Positions 29,253 through 39,533 of a stretch of DNA of 64,000 nucleotides are shown here, piece after piece. This DNA comes from Candidatus Latescibacterota bacterium (GTDB lineage Bacteria; Latescibacterota; UBA2968; UBA8231): the NCBI GenBank assembly GCA_965219385.1, contig CBDCNM010000002.1, positions 2,412,936 to 2,476,935 on the forward strand. Direction: 5' to 3'. The position numbers and the translations under genes were made by a program. Below the pieces are notes generated by a model. The model ran no database searches and was not told where the DNA came from. It saw only the letters and a program-made list of their open reading frames with translations. The stretch's first letter is position 1. Each line of letters begins with the position of its first letter.

Positions 29253-30215
29253 TCACTCTCCCAGCGGCGCTCTCACCCGGCCGAATATCCGCCGCAAACG
29301 GGCCATGTGCTCATCGGTCAGAGGCGGTCCTAAAATGGCCCTTAAATTGGCTGCCAAGTGGGTCCTGCTGGCCGTCCCCGTCAGTATGGTCCCGAGGGCC
29401 GGGTGGGCCGCCACGTACTTGTACCCCGCGGCCGGCAAAGATTCCACGTGCCCCTGGACGAGCCAGCCCAAAGGGGCGTCTTCATCCCCCAGTTCGCGGG
29501 TTTCGATCTCCCCCCGCTGCACCGCCTCCCGCAGGCGCCGGCGCAGGTGGTCGGGCTGACTCAAACTCCGGCGCACCGCCACCATGCAGATCGCTCCCAC
29601 ATTTTGCGCCTGGCAGGCCGGCAGGATATCCTGCTCGGGCGCCGGACCCAGGAGATTGTAGCCCACCATCACCGTGTCGAAGACATCGTCCGCCAGGGCC
29701 AGGGCCAGCATCTCGTGCTCATGGTCCTGGCGATAGTTCTCCGAAACCCCAAAAAAACGGAATTTGCCCTGCTCCCGCAGGCGCTCAACCGTGGGCCCAA
29801 GCGCGTCCATGGCCGCCCGGTAATTTCCGGGTTTCAGGCCGTGGAATTGCAGGATATCTATAGTCTCCACCCCGAGCCGTTTCAAGCTCTGCTCCACCGA
29901 AGATTCCACCTGGGCGGGTGTGACCAGTTCCCCGGGCCCGACCGATCCGGCATCGCGCTCGTAGACGAACTTGGTGGCCACGAAATATTCCTCCCGCCGC
30001 ACCCCTTTGAGCGCCTGCCCCAAAAGCGTCTCGCTTTCCCGGTACTGGGGCGAGGTATCGAAAAAGTTGACCCCCGAATCCAGGGCCTGCCGGACCAGCT
30101 TGATCGCCTCTCCTCCAGGTACTCCGGCTTGCTGCCCGAACAGGCTTGGCCCTCCTGTGCCCAGCCCCATCGCGGAAACCTCAAGCCCGGTCCTGCCCAA
30201 GGTACGGTACTCCAT
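29253..30215 (-). CDS. Aldo/keto reductase
   Basis: MEYRTLGRTGL, FFDTSPQY, VATK and DILQFH motifs. Confidence 0.9.
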   Translation of the reverse strand: MEYRTLGRTGLEVSAMGLGTGGPSLFGQQAGVPGGEAIKLVRQALDSGVNFFDTSPQYRESETLLGQALKGVRREEYFVATKFVYERDAGSVGPGELVTPAQVESSVEQSLKRLGVETIDILQFHGLKPGNYRAAMDALGPTVERLREQGKFRFFGVSENYRQDHEHEMLALALADDVFDTVMVGYNLLGPAPEQDILPACQAQNVGAICMVAVRRSLSQPDHLRRRLREAVQRGEIETRELGDEDAPLGWLVQGHVESLPAAGYKYVAAHPALGTILTGTASRTHLAANLRAILGPPLTDEHMARLRRIFGRVRAPLGE

Positions 30216-30368
30216 TTGCGCTCCTATCCTTCCTCGCCTGTACCCAGCACCAGCGAGCGCCAGGGTCTGTCCGAGCCGCTGCCCCAACTGGCCGTCCCCC
30301 ACCACGGTCCGCTAGGTGCAGTGGGGGCGCCGTCCCTGGAGACAGACCGCACAGCGCCAGCATCGACA

Positions 30369-30974
30369 TCAGTAAATGTAGACCGGCCAGCCCGGCTGGA
30401 CTCGCTCGTAGAAGTAGCGCAGATCCTCCTCTCCCACGCGCACGCACCCATGGGTGATGCTCTTGCCCAGATTGATCCCGTACAGGGTGGCATGGATCAT
30501 GTAGTCCCTGGCAAAATAGAGGGCGTACTTGCCCAGAACCCCGCGCTGGAAGCGGCGCAGGTCCTCGGCGAAGATCGGGATTTCCTCACTGGCCTCGACA
30601 AAGACCCACTCCGGCTTGGTCCACAGCGGGTCTTCTACCTTGCGCAGCACGGAAAACCGTCCCTTGGGGGTGTCGAATACCCAGCGATGTTTCCACCGCT
30701 TGGGCCCCTCCAGCTTCCGACCACTCCCCGTGGCACATACCGCCCGGTGCACAATTTCCCGTTCATTCCTGAGCACCAGCAGATTGTCCTGGGTGTTGAT
30801 GACGATATAGGGAGTCTCGGATTGGCGCTGCTGAACGGCCTGCAGCAGCCTCTGGTGTTCGGCCTGCAAGCCCGCCTCGTCGAGGTTCCGATCCATCCCC
30901 CGGGCAGTGCTGTATATCAAGCAGAGGAGCAGCAAGAAACCAAGAGTACAACCTCTGCCGAGATTCATTTTCAT
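30369..30974 (-). CDS. L,D-transpeptidase (YkuD family)
   Basis: TPKGRF and IHAT...ITHGCVRV motifs; signal peptide. Confidence 0.9.
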   Translation of the reverse strand: MKMNLGRGCTLGFLLLLCLIYSTARGMDRNLDEAGLQAEHQRLLQAVQQRQSETPYIVINTQDNLLVLRNEREIVHRAVCATGSGRKLEGPKRWKHRWVFDTPKGRFSVLRKVEDPLWTKPEWVFVEASEEIPIFAEDLRRFQRGVLGKYALYFARDYMIHATLYGINLGKSITHGCVRVGEEDLRYFYERVQPGWPVYIY

Positions 30975-31245
30975 CCTACCTTATCGATCGAGGAGGGGAG
31001 GGAAATTTTCGCCTAGGTCCTTGCGCTCGACACCGATCGCGCAAAAAGTAAAAACGACCGGAAAGAATCTCTTCTTCTCCGGCCGCCAAAGATCTTTGTT
31101 TCATCGCGCTACAGATGTGTGACCCGAGCGTGAGCGCAACGGGCGTGGGTCACCACCCCCACCTGCAGCCCACCGCCCTGCGGGCAACGCCGATCCACGC
31201 CTGTTGCGGCCGCGCGCCGGCCAGCGGGAGATTGGAGACGGCTTC

Positions 31246-31863
31246 TTACATCCTCTCGTACCAGGGACGCATCTTTTCCACCATCTCATTGTATTTTTGC
31301 GTCGCCATGGCCACTCCCTCCTCGACGCTTGCGGCCTTCTCTTTGGCACTGTTCGCACTGGACTTGGCCGCATCGAAATTCTCAGAAGAGACCGACGAAC
31401 GCGCCGAATTCAGATCGGCTTCGGCAGCACCCAGATCCGTGCGCAGCTGCTCGATATCGCCCTCGGTGCCCTTGCCCGACGGGGCGCCGTCCAGGCTCTC
31501 CCGGGCCCGCTGCACGGCTGCAGCTGCATCGGCAATCACGGACTCAGCAGCACCTTTGGCCTTTGATTTCGCCTCCATAGCCGCGGATCTGGCCTGCTCG
31601 GCCTCGCTCTTGGCCTCGGCGATCATGCTCTTGGTCTTGTCGAAATTCTTGAACAACTTCTCTTTTTCGCTATTGAGTTCGTTCTGGGCCGCGTCGTAGG
31701 CCGACTGGGCCGCATTCAACTCGGAAGATGCAAATTTTTCAGCGCCGGCTGAACGCGCATCCTGCAGGACGCTGTTGGCTACCTGCAGATCGTCCGTGGG
31801 CGGTTCTCCGCCACAACCATAGATCAACGCCAGACTCAAAAGTGCGATTACCCGGATTTTCAT
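31246..31863 (-). CDS. Alanine-rich coiled-coil lipoprotein (DUF4398-like)
   Basis: Lipobox IYGC; ARSAGAEKFASSEL helical repeats. Confidence 0.75.
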   Translation of the reverse strand: MKIRVIALLSLALIYGCGGEPPTDDLQVANSVLQDARSAGAEKFASSELNAAQSAYDAAQNELNSEKEKLFKNFDKTKSMIAEAKSEAEQARSAAMEAKSKAKGAAESVIADAAAAVQRARESLDGAPSGKGTEGDIEQLRTDLGAAEADLNSARSSVSSENFDAAKSSANSAKEKAASVEEGVAMATQKYNEMVEKMRPWYERM

Positions 31864-32421
31864 GTTTGAACCTCCACGTGGATGAAAGGACCGTAGATTT
31901 TTAGGTCAGATCTAACCAACCGTTTTCCCCAGAGGAAAAAGCGAGTTAAGACAATCTAAAAATAAGAACATAGGCTTGTCAAGCGAAAACTCGAAGACCC
32001 CGCTTTAGAGCCTATTGCTGTTTGGTTAATTGGAGGATAATATGCTCATTTGTTTACTATTTTTGCCCCTTTGGGTCGCAATCTTCTGGCCAAGATCGAG
32101 CCGGAGTGGTACCGTACGCTCCGAAGAAACCGCGCATTAGCGGCAACAAAGAGATTTCAAGGCTGGCGGGAATCTGCTAAAAATAGGGACTTATGGAACC
32201 AGCACGGTTAATCGACAAAGTAATACTATACGGAAATTCCGGCCCGCCTCTGGTTGGTCTGTGCTTGGGCACTGGTTCAGAATATCCAGACCAGAACCAG
32301 ACTACTCCAGATTGCTCTCATGATTTATCTCCTCTATTTGTCAAAGGCCACGAATTCTTCCGTCCCACGCGCAGGCCGGTGGGGGTTTTAAAACAGTCTC
32401 TTAGGCAAACCCGGCAGGACC

Positions 32422-33309
32422 TTATTTTTGTTCGCCGAGGTGCATCAGGGGCAGAGGCATGGGACTGTCGCTATTGATGAAATACACCTTGGCAGCCGGG
32501 TCCTTCGAGATCGACTTGAGCGCTTCCAGGGCCTGGAGCTTGACGTAGTTGGGGTTTTTGCCGATGGCCTTGTTGATCCTGTTGATTTCGTAGGCCTGCG
32601 CATCGGCGATCACGCGGCGCCTGGCAGCCTCTTCCTCGGCGGCCTCTCGCTCTGCTTGGGCCGCCGCTATTTTCTGCTGCTGCTCGGTGCGGAAGCGTTC
32701 CAGCTCCGCCTTTTGTTTTTCCACTTCCTGTTCGCGTTCCTTCTTCGCTTCGATGGCCTTGGTGATGAAGGGCGGCAGGGCGATGTCGCGAATCAGCACG
32801 GCGCTCACTTCCACGCCCTTCGGGCGCAGGTAGTCGCGCAGGCCCTCCAGTAGGGCGATCTGTAAGGTTTGCTGGGTTCCCTCCAGGAAGAAGTCTTCGG
32901 CCCGTTTGACAGTCTTGCCCTGTTCGCGCACCAGGGATCGGAGTTTGGGGATGATGTGCACTTTGAGCACATCGGCTATATTGCCGGTCTCCTGCAGAAT
33001 GCGCGGGGCATCCTGGCGCAAAAGGCGGTATTGCACGCTGACGTCCACCTTGGTTTGCAACTGGTCCTGGCTGGGGACGTTGGCCTTTTCCAGGTGCGTC
33101 TTCTGGCGTACATCGTACATGTGCCAGTCGTAGAGCGGATTGACCGGGATGTGTAGTCCTTCGTTATAAGAATTGGGTCTCACATCCCCGAACAGAGTCG
33201 CTACCGCCACGGGTCCGACCGGCACACTTTTGTAGAACTGGACGCCAAAAAATATCACGACGAGGGCTATTGTGACTACGACGATGAGGGTTCTGGGGAT
33301 TGTAGGCAT
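32422..33309 (-). CDS. SPFH/prohibitin (band 7) family protein
   Basis: N-terminal TM helix, GLHIPVNP, VLIRDIALP...AIEAK and a coiled coil. Confidence 0.9.
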   Translation of the reverse strand: MPTIPRTLIVVVTIALVVIFFGVQFYKSVPVGPVAVATLFGDVRPNSYNEGLHIPVNPLYDWHMYDVRQKTHLEKANVPSQDQLQTKVDVSVQYRLLRQDAPRILQETGNIADVLKVHIIPKLRSLVREQGKTVKRAEDFFLEGTQQTLQIALLEGLRDYLRPKGVEVSAVLIRDIALPPFITKAIEAKKEREQEVEKQKAELERFRTEQQQKIAAAQAEREAAEEEAARRRVIADAQAYEINRINKAIGKNPNYVKLQALEALKSISKDPAAKVYFINSDSPMPLPLMHLGEQK

Positions 33310-33589
33310 GGATATGCTCTCCTTTTGCACGGGATGGTTTTGCGCTTCCTCAAAGTCTGGATGAATGCGTACATAATAACGTGCGTATTTCGCTCGACGG
33401 TGTCAATCCATGTTTTGACCAAGCCGGGGCCCAGGATGCAGGCGACGTGATCTCCAGCATGAGCCGCCGAGACGACGCCCTGCAGAATCTATACCCAGCA
33501 TGAAATCGAAGGACATTGCCCCTCTCCTACAAAGCCTTTATTTTATGCTGCGCCGTAGTTGCGTTGCCGATACCACAGGAGGAATCACC

Positions 33590-34393
33590 ATGAGTTTCAA
33601 ACTGAGTTACGCCACCCTGCGCTGGCAATATCCGGACCTGGAGAAGGCCCTGCCCGAACTCAAAAAAGCCGGTTGGAACGGCTGGGAGGGCCGGCTGCCC
33701 CTGGACTGGCTGGGGCCGGCCAGACGGCTGCGCCAGGTGTGCGAGGACGCGGGCATGCCGCTGGTGGTGTACACGGCCGCGGGCTCACCGGACGACCGCG
33801 GCTGGGAAAACGTGGAGCGCAACAAGCGGCGGATGGACTTCGCCGCCGAGATGGAGGTCGACTGCTTTATGTTTATGAGCGGGTCCAAGCCCGTGGACCG
33901 GGCAGTGGCCGAAGACGATATCAGGCGGGCGGCCGAAGGCGCCGAGAGTTGGGCCGAATACGCCGCCCAGTACGGTCTGGAGGTGAGCTACCACGTCCAC
34001 ACCAACACCCTGATCGATTCGAGCGCAGAGTGGAAGCTTTACATGAGCCTGCTAGACAAGGCCCGGCTGTGCATCGATGTATCGCACGCCGAGCTGTGGG
34101 GCTACGATCCGGCGCAGTCGATCGTGGACTTCTGGGACCAGCTCAACTATGTACACCTGCAGGACTACGAAATCTGCACGGTCAGGGAGTACGGACGCTA
34201 CAATCCCGAATGGGTGGATGTGGGCGCGGGGAAGTGCATGGACTTTGCCGGGGTGCTCAAGACCCTTCAGGACCGCGGTTTCAGCCGCTGGGTGACGGCC
34301 TGTCCCGGAGCACCTCCAGCAGGAGACGACCCGGTGGGCGAGGCCCGCCGCAGCGCCGGTATGCGGGCGTATTTGCACGGTCTGGGGTATTAG
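33590..34393 (+). CDS. Sugar phosphate isomerase/epimerase (IolE-like TIM barrel)
   Basis: YHVH, CIDVSH, VHLQD and VGAG motifs; AGGAGG RBS. Confidence 0.8.
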   Translation: MSFKLSYATLRWQYPDLEKALPELKKAGWNGWEGRLPLDWLGPARRLRQVCEDAGMPLVVYTAAGSPDDRGWENVERNKRRMDFAAEMEVDCFMFMSGSKPVDRAVAEDDIRRAAEGAESWAEYAAQYGLEVSYHVHTNTLIDSSAEWKLYMSLLDKARLCIDVSHAELWGYDPAQSIVDFWDQLNYVHLQDYEICTVREYGRYNPEWVDVGAGKCMDFAGVLKTLQDRGFSRWVTACPGAPPAGDDPVGEARRSAGMRAYLHGLGY

Positions 34394-34466
34394 GCAAAGC
34401 CACCAAGGGATACCTTGTCAAGGGAAGTCGGGCGAGGGTCGCTTTGCGCCCGACTCCTGAGCGGGG

Positions 34467-37328
34467 TCAGCGATAGACGCGGGTCTTTTTCCACGCCTCC
34501 AGATCGCCAAAGGCGTTGGCCACCTCGCGCTCGGCCCGGTGCTCTTTGGCAAAGACCAAGGTCGTGCGCATGCGTCGGGTCTGCGGCGACAGAGTCTGCT
34601 CTAACAGGGCGGTGATTTCTTCCTGGCTAATGGTGGCCAATTCCTCCAGGGTTTTCTCGTCGCGGTCGAAAGCGCCGTCGTATTCAAAGGCCAAGGTATT
34701 GAATTTGCCGGCTTTCTCGGCGATGCTCTTGGCTTTTTTCTTTACTTCTTCGATGGCGGCGGCTTTCAGCGTGGCGAAATTTTCCGCTGGCAGGGCGCGC
34801 AGCAGATCGGGGTACCCGGCTATAAAGGCTTCGGCGCGGTCTTCGAGGACGTCGGCCGGGTGGGTGCCCGATTGAATAATGAAGTAGAGATGGAAGTCGT
34901 CCCTGAAGGTCGAGGGGCCGGCCCAGACGATATAACCCAACTGCTGGTTGGAGCGCATCTCGGTGAAGAAGGGGCCGTCCAAAAAGCCCTTGAGAATCAG
35001 GGCAATGCCCCGGTTGCGGGGGCTGTTGTCGCCGACGTAGTACTCGCGCCAAAAGCAGGAATTGTTGACTTCGAGTTGTTCCACCCGCACAAGGGCCTCG
35101 GGATCGGGTTGGGCCAGCAGGGTCTGGGTGAAGGTCGAGGCCCGTTCGAGGGCTTGGAGGTTCAGGCGCTTTTGCAACTGGCGCGTCAGCTGGGTGGCCT
35201 GGTCCGCAGTGATATTGCCGTGGGCTAGGGCTTCAATAAAGACTTGGGTGTAGAGGTCCTGGGCGAAGAGGCGGATATCGTCCAGGGTCAATTGCTCGGC
35301 TATTTCCAGTCGGGCAGACGGTCGGTAGAGGAGTTGGTTTTGGACTTCGTTGTTGTAGAACTGGGCTTGGCGCCAAGCGTCCTGTTTGGCAAAGTTGCGC
35401 AGGCCGCGGACGATGCGGTCTTTGATAGCGGCAAAGCGCTCTTGGTCGAGGCGCAAGTCCAGCATGTGATCGAGCACGCTGGCGAATAGGCGCGGGGCCG
35501 ATTCGTCAAAGCCGCTGACAGTGAAGTACACGCCCTCGTAGCCGCTGTTGAAGCTGTAGCTCAAACCGGCGATCTGAGCGGGGTAGGCCAGCTCGTTGAG
35601 CGATTCCTCGACGCAGGCCGTGTACGTGTCGAGCAGGACTTTGCGCCGCAGATCCATGTGCTCGGCAGCAAAGCGCAGTTTGTAGTACAGGGTAACTTTG
35701 GGCCGCAGGAACTCGAAGTCTTCGGCGTGGTAGAGCACCAGGCCGGTCTCATCAATGATCTTGTCGGGCACTATCCCTTCGCGCAGGGGCCGGTCGGGGA
35801 TGGACGCGCTGCGCGGGATAAAGGGATTGGGCTCGGGCAGGTGCAGGGCGGGATGGGCTTTGACCTCTTGCAGTTCGCGGTAAAAGGCGTCGTCTTCGGT
35901 ATAGCTGTACAGGGTGCCGTAATAAGGCTCGATAGCGGTGGTGGGCACGCCCTTGGCCGTTAGAGTGGCCACCATATTGTCGGGCCGCAGGAAAGAGAGG
36001 AGTCGTCGGTAGGTGTGCGGATCCCGCTGCTGGTAGATATAGGAGACGCGTTCGGCTACTTCCAGTGAATAAGCCCCTATATTGCTGGCCAGGCCGCGGG
36101 CGTAGTTGGCCCCTTCCCCGCGATTGGAGAAAAGTTCGTCCAGGCCGGCTTTGGCGGCCAATTCTTCAAAGTAATACAGGGGGTATTCCTCCTGTTCCAG
36201 CAGGGCGATATAGGCCAGGCAGAGGCGGGCGACCTGGCGATGGTCCTCCAGGCCCTGGGGCGTCAAGTCGATATTGATGGAGAAGACACCGTAGGTGCTG
36301 GTGATGCCGGATCCCCAGGCGCTCAAGGAGGTAGCCAGGCCCTCCTGTTTGAGCAAGGACAGCAGACTGCCCTTGCCTTCGTGGCCAATCAGGCTGGCTA
36401 GCAGGACGGCCGGTTTGCTCTGGTAGTGGACGCGGACATCCAGGGGCAGAGCGAACTCTAGTTCGAGGGAGCGCAGATCTTTGATGGGTTCTATGGCGAT
36501 TAGGCGGAAAGTGGGTTTTTCCACCTGATAGTCGGCTTCGTGCACGACGGGGGACAGGTCTTTGCCGACAATGGGCGAAAAGTGGCGCCGGGCCCATTGT
36601 TCCAGGCTGTCGAGCGGGGCTTTGCCGAGCGAGGCCAAAGCCATGCGGTCGGCGCTGTACTGGGCCTGGTAGAAGGCGAGCAGTTCGCGGCGCTCAATGT
36701 CCTGCAGCGTCTCCAGCGAGCCAGTGCCAAAGGTATGGGCCGGATGGTCGGAGCGATAAAAGCTGCGCTGGACCTGCCACTTGCGCCAGAAATCGCTCTC
36801 GAGGTTTTTCTGGTGTTCCGAGTTGACGGCCTGTATTTCGCGCTCGGTGTATTCTTCGGTGAACAGCGGGCTGATAAAAAACTGGGCCAGCCGGTCCAGG
36901 GCGCCTTCGAAGGCCTCGTGGTTGATTTCAAAGAAATACCCGGTGTGGTCTTCGGTGGTATAGGCGTTGCGGTAGCCGCCGTTCTCGTCGATGAACTTCA
37001 TATAGTCATCCACGCCCGGGTACTTCTCGGTGCCCATGAAGAGCATGTGTTCGAGAAAATGGGCCAGTCCCATGCGTTCCTCGGGGTTGCTCAAGGTTCC
37101 TACGCCCACGTGTACGGCGGCGGCCGATTTGTTGAAGCGGGGGTCGGAGACTAGCAGTACTTTGAGGCCGTTGTCCAGGACAAAGTGGCGGTATTCCGAC
37201 TGGTCGAGTGGGTGCTTGGCCGGGGGGGCGTCCGCAGTCTGCAGGTCCATCTGAGGGGCCCGGGCGCAGGCCGCCAGCAGAAAGGCGGAGACCAGGAGTG
37301 GGAGGGCAGAGCAGAATCTCCGGAACAT
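34467..37328 (-). CDS. Insulinase/pitrilysin family (M16A) zinc peptidase, lipoprotein
   Basis: GLAHFLEHMLFMGTEKYP, NAYT and EMRSNQQLGY motifs; LLAAC lipobox. Confidence 0.92.
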   Translation of the reverse strand: MFRRFCSALPLLVSAFLLAACARAPQMDLQTADAPPAKHPLDQSEYRHFVLDNGLKVLLVSDPRFNKSAAAVHVGVGTLSNPEERMGLAHFLEHMLFMGTEKYPGVDDYMKFIDENGGYRNAYTTEDHTGYFFEINHEAFEGALDRLAQFFISPLFTEEYTEREIQAVNSEHQKNLESDFWRKWQVQRSFYRSDHPAHTFGTGSLETLQDIERRELLAFYQAQYSADRMALASLGKAPLDSLEQWARRHFSPIVGKDLSPVVHEADYQVEKPTFRLIAIEPIKDLRSLELEFALPLDVRVHYQSKPAVLLASLIGHEGKGSLLSLLKQEGLATSLSAWGSGITSTYGVFSINIDLTPQGLEDHRQVARLCLAYIALLEQEEYPLYYFEELAAKAGLDELFSNRGEGANYARGLASNIGAYSLEVAERVSYIYQQRDPHTYRRLLSFLRPDNMVATLTAKGVPTTAIEPYYGTLYSYTEDDAFYRELQEVKAHPALHLPEPNPFIPRSASIPDRPLREGIVPDKIIDETGLVLYHAEDFEFLRPKVTLYYKLRFAAEHMDLRRKVLLDTYTACVEESLNELAYPAQIAGLSYSFNSGYEGVYFTVSGFDESAPRLFASVLDHMLDLRLDQERFAAIKDRIVRGLRNFAKQDAWRQAQFYNNEVQNQLLYRPSARLEIAEQLTLDDIRLFAQDLYTQVFIEALAHGNITADQATQLTRQLQKRLNLQALERASTFTQTLLAQPDPEALVRVEQLEVNNSCFWREYYVGDNSPRNRGIALILKGFLDGPFFTEMRSNQQLGYIVWAGPSTFRDDFHLYFIIQSGTHPADVLEDRAEAFIAGYPDLLRALPAENFATLKAAAIEEVKKKAKSIAEKAGKFNTLAFEYDGAFDRDEKTLEELATISQEEITALLEQTLSPQTRRMRTTLVFAKEHRAEREVANAFGDLEAWKKTRVYR

Positions 37329-37611
37329 GATGGAATTTCCTTTGGTTTGAATGAGGCGAAATGGCGCCAGCGCAGCGGCCGAGCGGTTTGCGCACCTGCC
37401 GCGAGCAGTGTCGAAGGATAAAAATAATCTTATTAAAATCTTGTGGGCTTGGACGATCCCAGATCTTTTCCCTGGAGCCGTAGAACAAGGGTTAATTGCA
37501 AAGGAAATATCTTGGCTTGCACCTTTCAAGCTTGCTTTGTTTCTCGGCGTCATGTCGGGAATTATAGATATTAATAAGGATTGAGGTGTTTCGCAATTGA
37601 TCTTTCACATC

Positions 37612-37702
37612 GTTTAACATCGACTTATACGCTGCGTCGCTACGCTCCAGGTTCGCAAACCGGCGTAACTTGGGCCGCCATAAAGCCGCCGCCTCATTAG
37701 AT
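37612..37702 (+). other. Degenerate attC-like site after a truncated low-GC membrane-protein ORF end
   Basis: GTTTAAC...TTATACGC...GCGTAA...CATTAGAT, 28 nt after the stop of ...LWAWTIPDLFPGAVEQGL...*. Confidence 0.3.
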
Positions 37703-37766
37703 GATTTCTACGCTCCAATGGACCGCCCGTTTTCGACCATTCACAACACCTAAGAAGGACTCTCCC

Positions 37767-38585
37767 ATGAAATTCGGCACCTGCAACGAATACTTCGAAG
37801 ACTGGCCCATCGAGCAGGTCTTCGACTACACCGCTGAAATCGGCTACGACGGAGTGGAAATAGCGCCCTTCACCCTGGCCCCCTCGGTAGAAGATATCCC
37901 GGCTTCCCGACGGCGGGAAATCCGCCAGGCCGCCGCCCAGGCGGGCGTGGAGATCATCGGCCTGCACTGGCTGTTGATCAGTCCGGAAGGACTCTACATC
38001 AACCACGTCGACCAGGCCATCCGCGAGCAGACCCGCGACTATTTCAAGGCCTTGATCCGGTGTTGCGGCGATCTGGGGGGCGAAGTGATGATCATCGGCT
38101 CCCCTAAACAACGCAATGTGCAGGAAGGCTGGGACCATCAGGAGACCTGGAACCGCACCCGGGAGGTGTTCGAGGACTGCATCGGCCTGGCGCAAGAGTG
38201 CGGGGTCTACCTGTGCATCGAGCCCCTGAGCAAGGACCAGACCAACCTCATCACCACGGCCGCCGAGGCCGGCAAAATGGTGGCGCAGATTGACCACCCC
38301 AACTTCCAGACCATGGTGGATGTGTGCAGCGGCTCCACCGAAGAGCTGCCCGTGCCCCAGCTGCTGGAAGATTCGGCCCCGCATCTTTACCACGTGCACC
38401 TGAACGATGCCAACAAACGCGGGCCGGGGTTCGGGGAGACCGATTTCGTCGGCGTCCTGGAAAAGCTCGAGGAGTTGAACTACCAGCGCTATGTCTCGGT
38501 GGAGGTCTTCGATTTTGCCCCCGACCCGCGCACCATCGCAGCGGCGAGCCTGGCTTATTTGAGGGGTATAAAGGCGGCTAGTTAA
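37767..38585 (+). CDS. Sugar phosphate isomerase/epimerase (D-tagatose 3-epimerase-like)
   Basis: GYDGVEIAP, IEPL, HVHLND...GPGFG and SVEVF motifs. Confidence 0.88.
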   Translation: MKFGTCNEYFEDWPIEQVFDYTAEIGYDGVEIAPFTLAPSVEDIPASRRREIRQAAAQAGVEIIGLHWLLISPEGLYINHVDQAIREQTRDYFKALIRCCGDLGGEVMIIGSPKQRNVQEGWDHQETWNRTREVFEDCIGLAQECGVYLCIEPLSKDQTNLITTAAEAGKMVAQIDHPNFQTMVDVCSGSTEELPVPQLLEDSAPHLYHVHLNDANKRGPGFGETDFVGVLEKLEELNYQRYVSVEVFDFAPDPRTIAAASLAYLRGIKAAS

Positions 38586-38628
38586 TTTTCGCTCAGCCGT
38601 TCGGGGTCCCCGTCTCCTTCATTGGATT

Positions 38629-38883
38629 TCACGACAGGGTCGGATCGGCTTGAGCAAGGGCCTCCAGACCACCCAGACCTTCCGGAAGGGGGTAGCCCAG
38701 AGCGCGCAGGGTGCCATAGTCGGCGGCCAGGCTGCGGCTCATTTCCTCTGCCAGCCGCAGCAAAATCTTGCACCCCAGAACCGGGTTGGTAGCCAGGATT
38801 TCCATTTCTTCCTGGGTGCTCTCCTCGAGAAACAGATTGGTCCACTCGGGATCGGTGACTTTATTTGGATTCTCTTTACTCAT
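38629..38883 (-). CDS. Small hypothetical protein
   Basis: 84 aa ORF filling the intergenic gap; NPVLGCKILLRLAEEMS resembles the C-helix of cNMP-binding proteins. Confidence 0.45.
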   Translation of the reverse strand: MSKENPNKVTDPEWTNLFLEESTQEEMEILATNPVLGCKILLRLAEEMSRSLAADYGTLRALGYPLPEGLGGLEALAQADPTLS

Positions 38884-39021
38884 GCGGCAGCCTTTGCAAC
38901 TCGTCGCCAAGTGTACTAATATACCTCGCCCTTGGCAAATCCTTTTTCTATTGACAGAACGGCGTTTTTGCCGAATCTTTCAACCTTTGCAGTCCGTCCC
39001 TCAACCCTTAAGGAGGATCTC

Positions 39022-39396
39022 ATGCCAGGCTACATCCTCAACCACATCCATCACGAGACCAAAGATGTCGAACAGGCGGTGAACTTTTACAAAGATTTCT
39101 TCGGCGCCACCGCCGATGAGCCCTTTGAACGCGGTGGCGCCAACTGGGTTTTCGTCCACCTCGGCGACGTCCAGATCACCGTCACCGACCGCGAATTTTC
39201 CGACATGGAACTGGGCCGCTATCAGGGTTATGACCACATCGCCCTGAGCACCGACGATTTCGACGCCACCCTCGCCGACATCGAAGGCAAGGGGATCGAT
39301 ATCTGGTTCGGTCCGCTCCAGCTCGACGATGGGCAGCGCCTTGTCTTTATCAACGGTCCGGACAATATCAAGATCGAGTTGATGGAGAAGATGTAG
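39022..39396 (+). CDS. VOC (glyoxalase) family protein
   Basis: NHIH...FYKDFFG, DHIAL and [11 protein letters not shown] motifs; AGGAGG RBS. Confidence 0.88.
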   Translation: MPGYILNHIHHETKDVEQAVNFYKDFFGATADEPFERGGANWVFVHLGDVQITVTDREFSDMELGRYQGYDHIALSTDDFDATLADIEGKGIDIWFGPLQLDDGQRLVFINGPDNIKIELMEKM

Positions 39397-39533
39397 GTGG
39401 CATCCAAGTCCGCCCCTTCGGCCTGAAGGACACGGCTGGGCAAACCCGAGACCATAGCCGCGTTTTGTCAGGCCGTAGAGTCCTTCTTGAAATGCCATGT
39501 GCTCTTTTCCCGGATGATAAAAGGAGAGCCCTC

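Noticed and set aside
31090..31245. GC-rich hairpin region as a riboswitch or ncRNA
   Set aside because: No recognisable family motif; the shared 20-mer with the MITE suggests a repeat relic.
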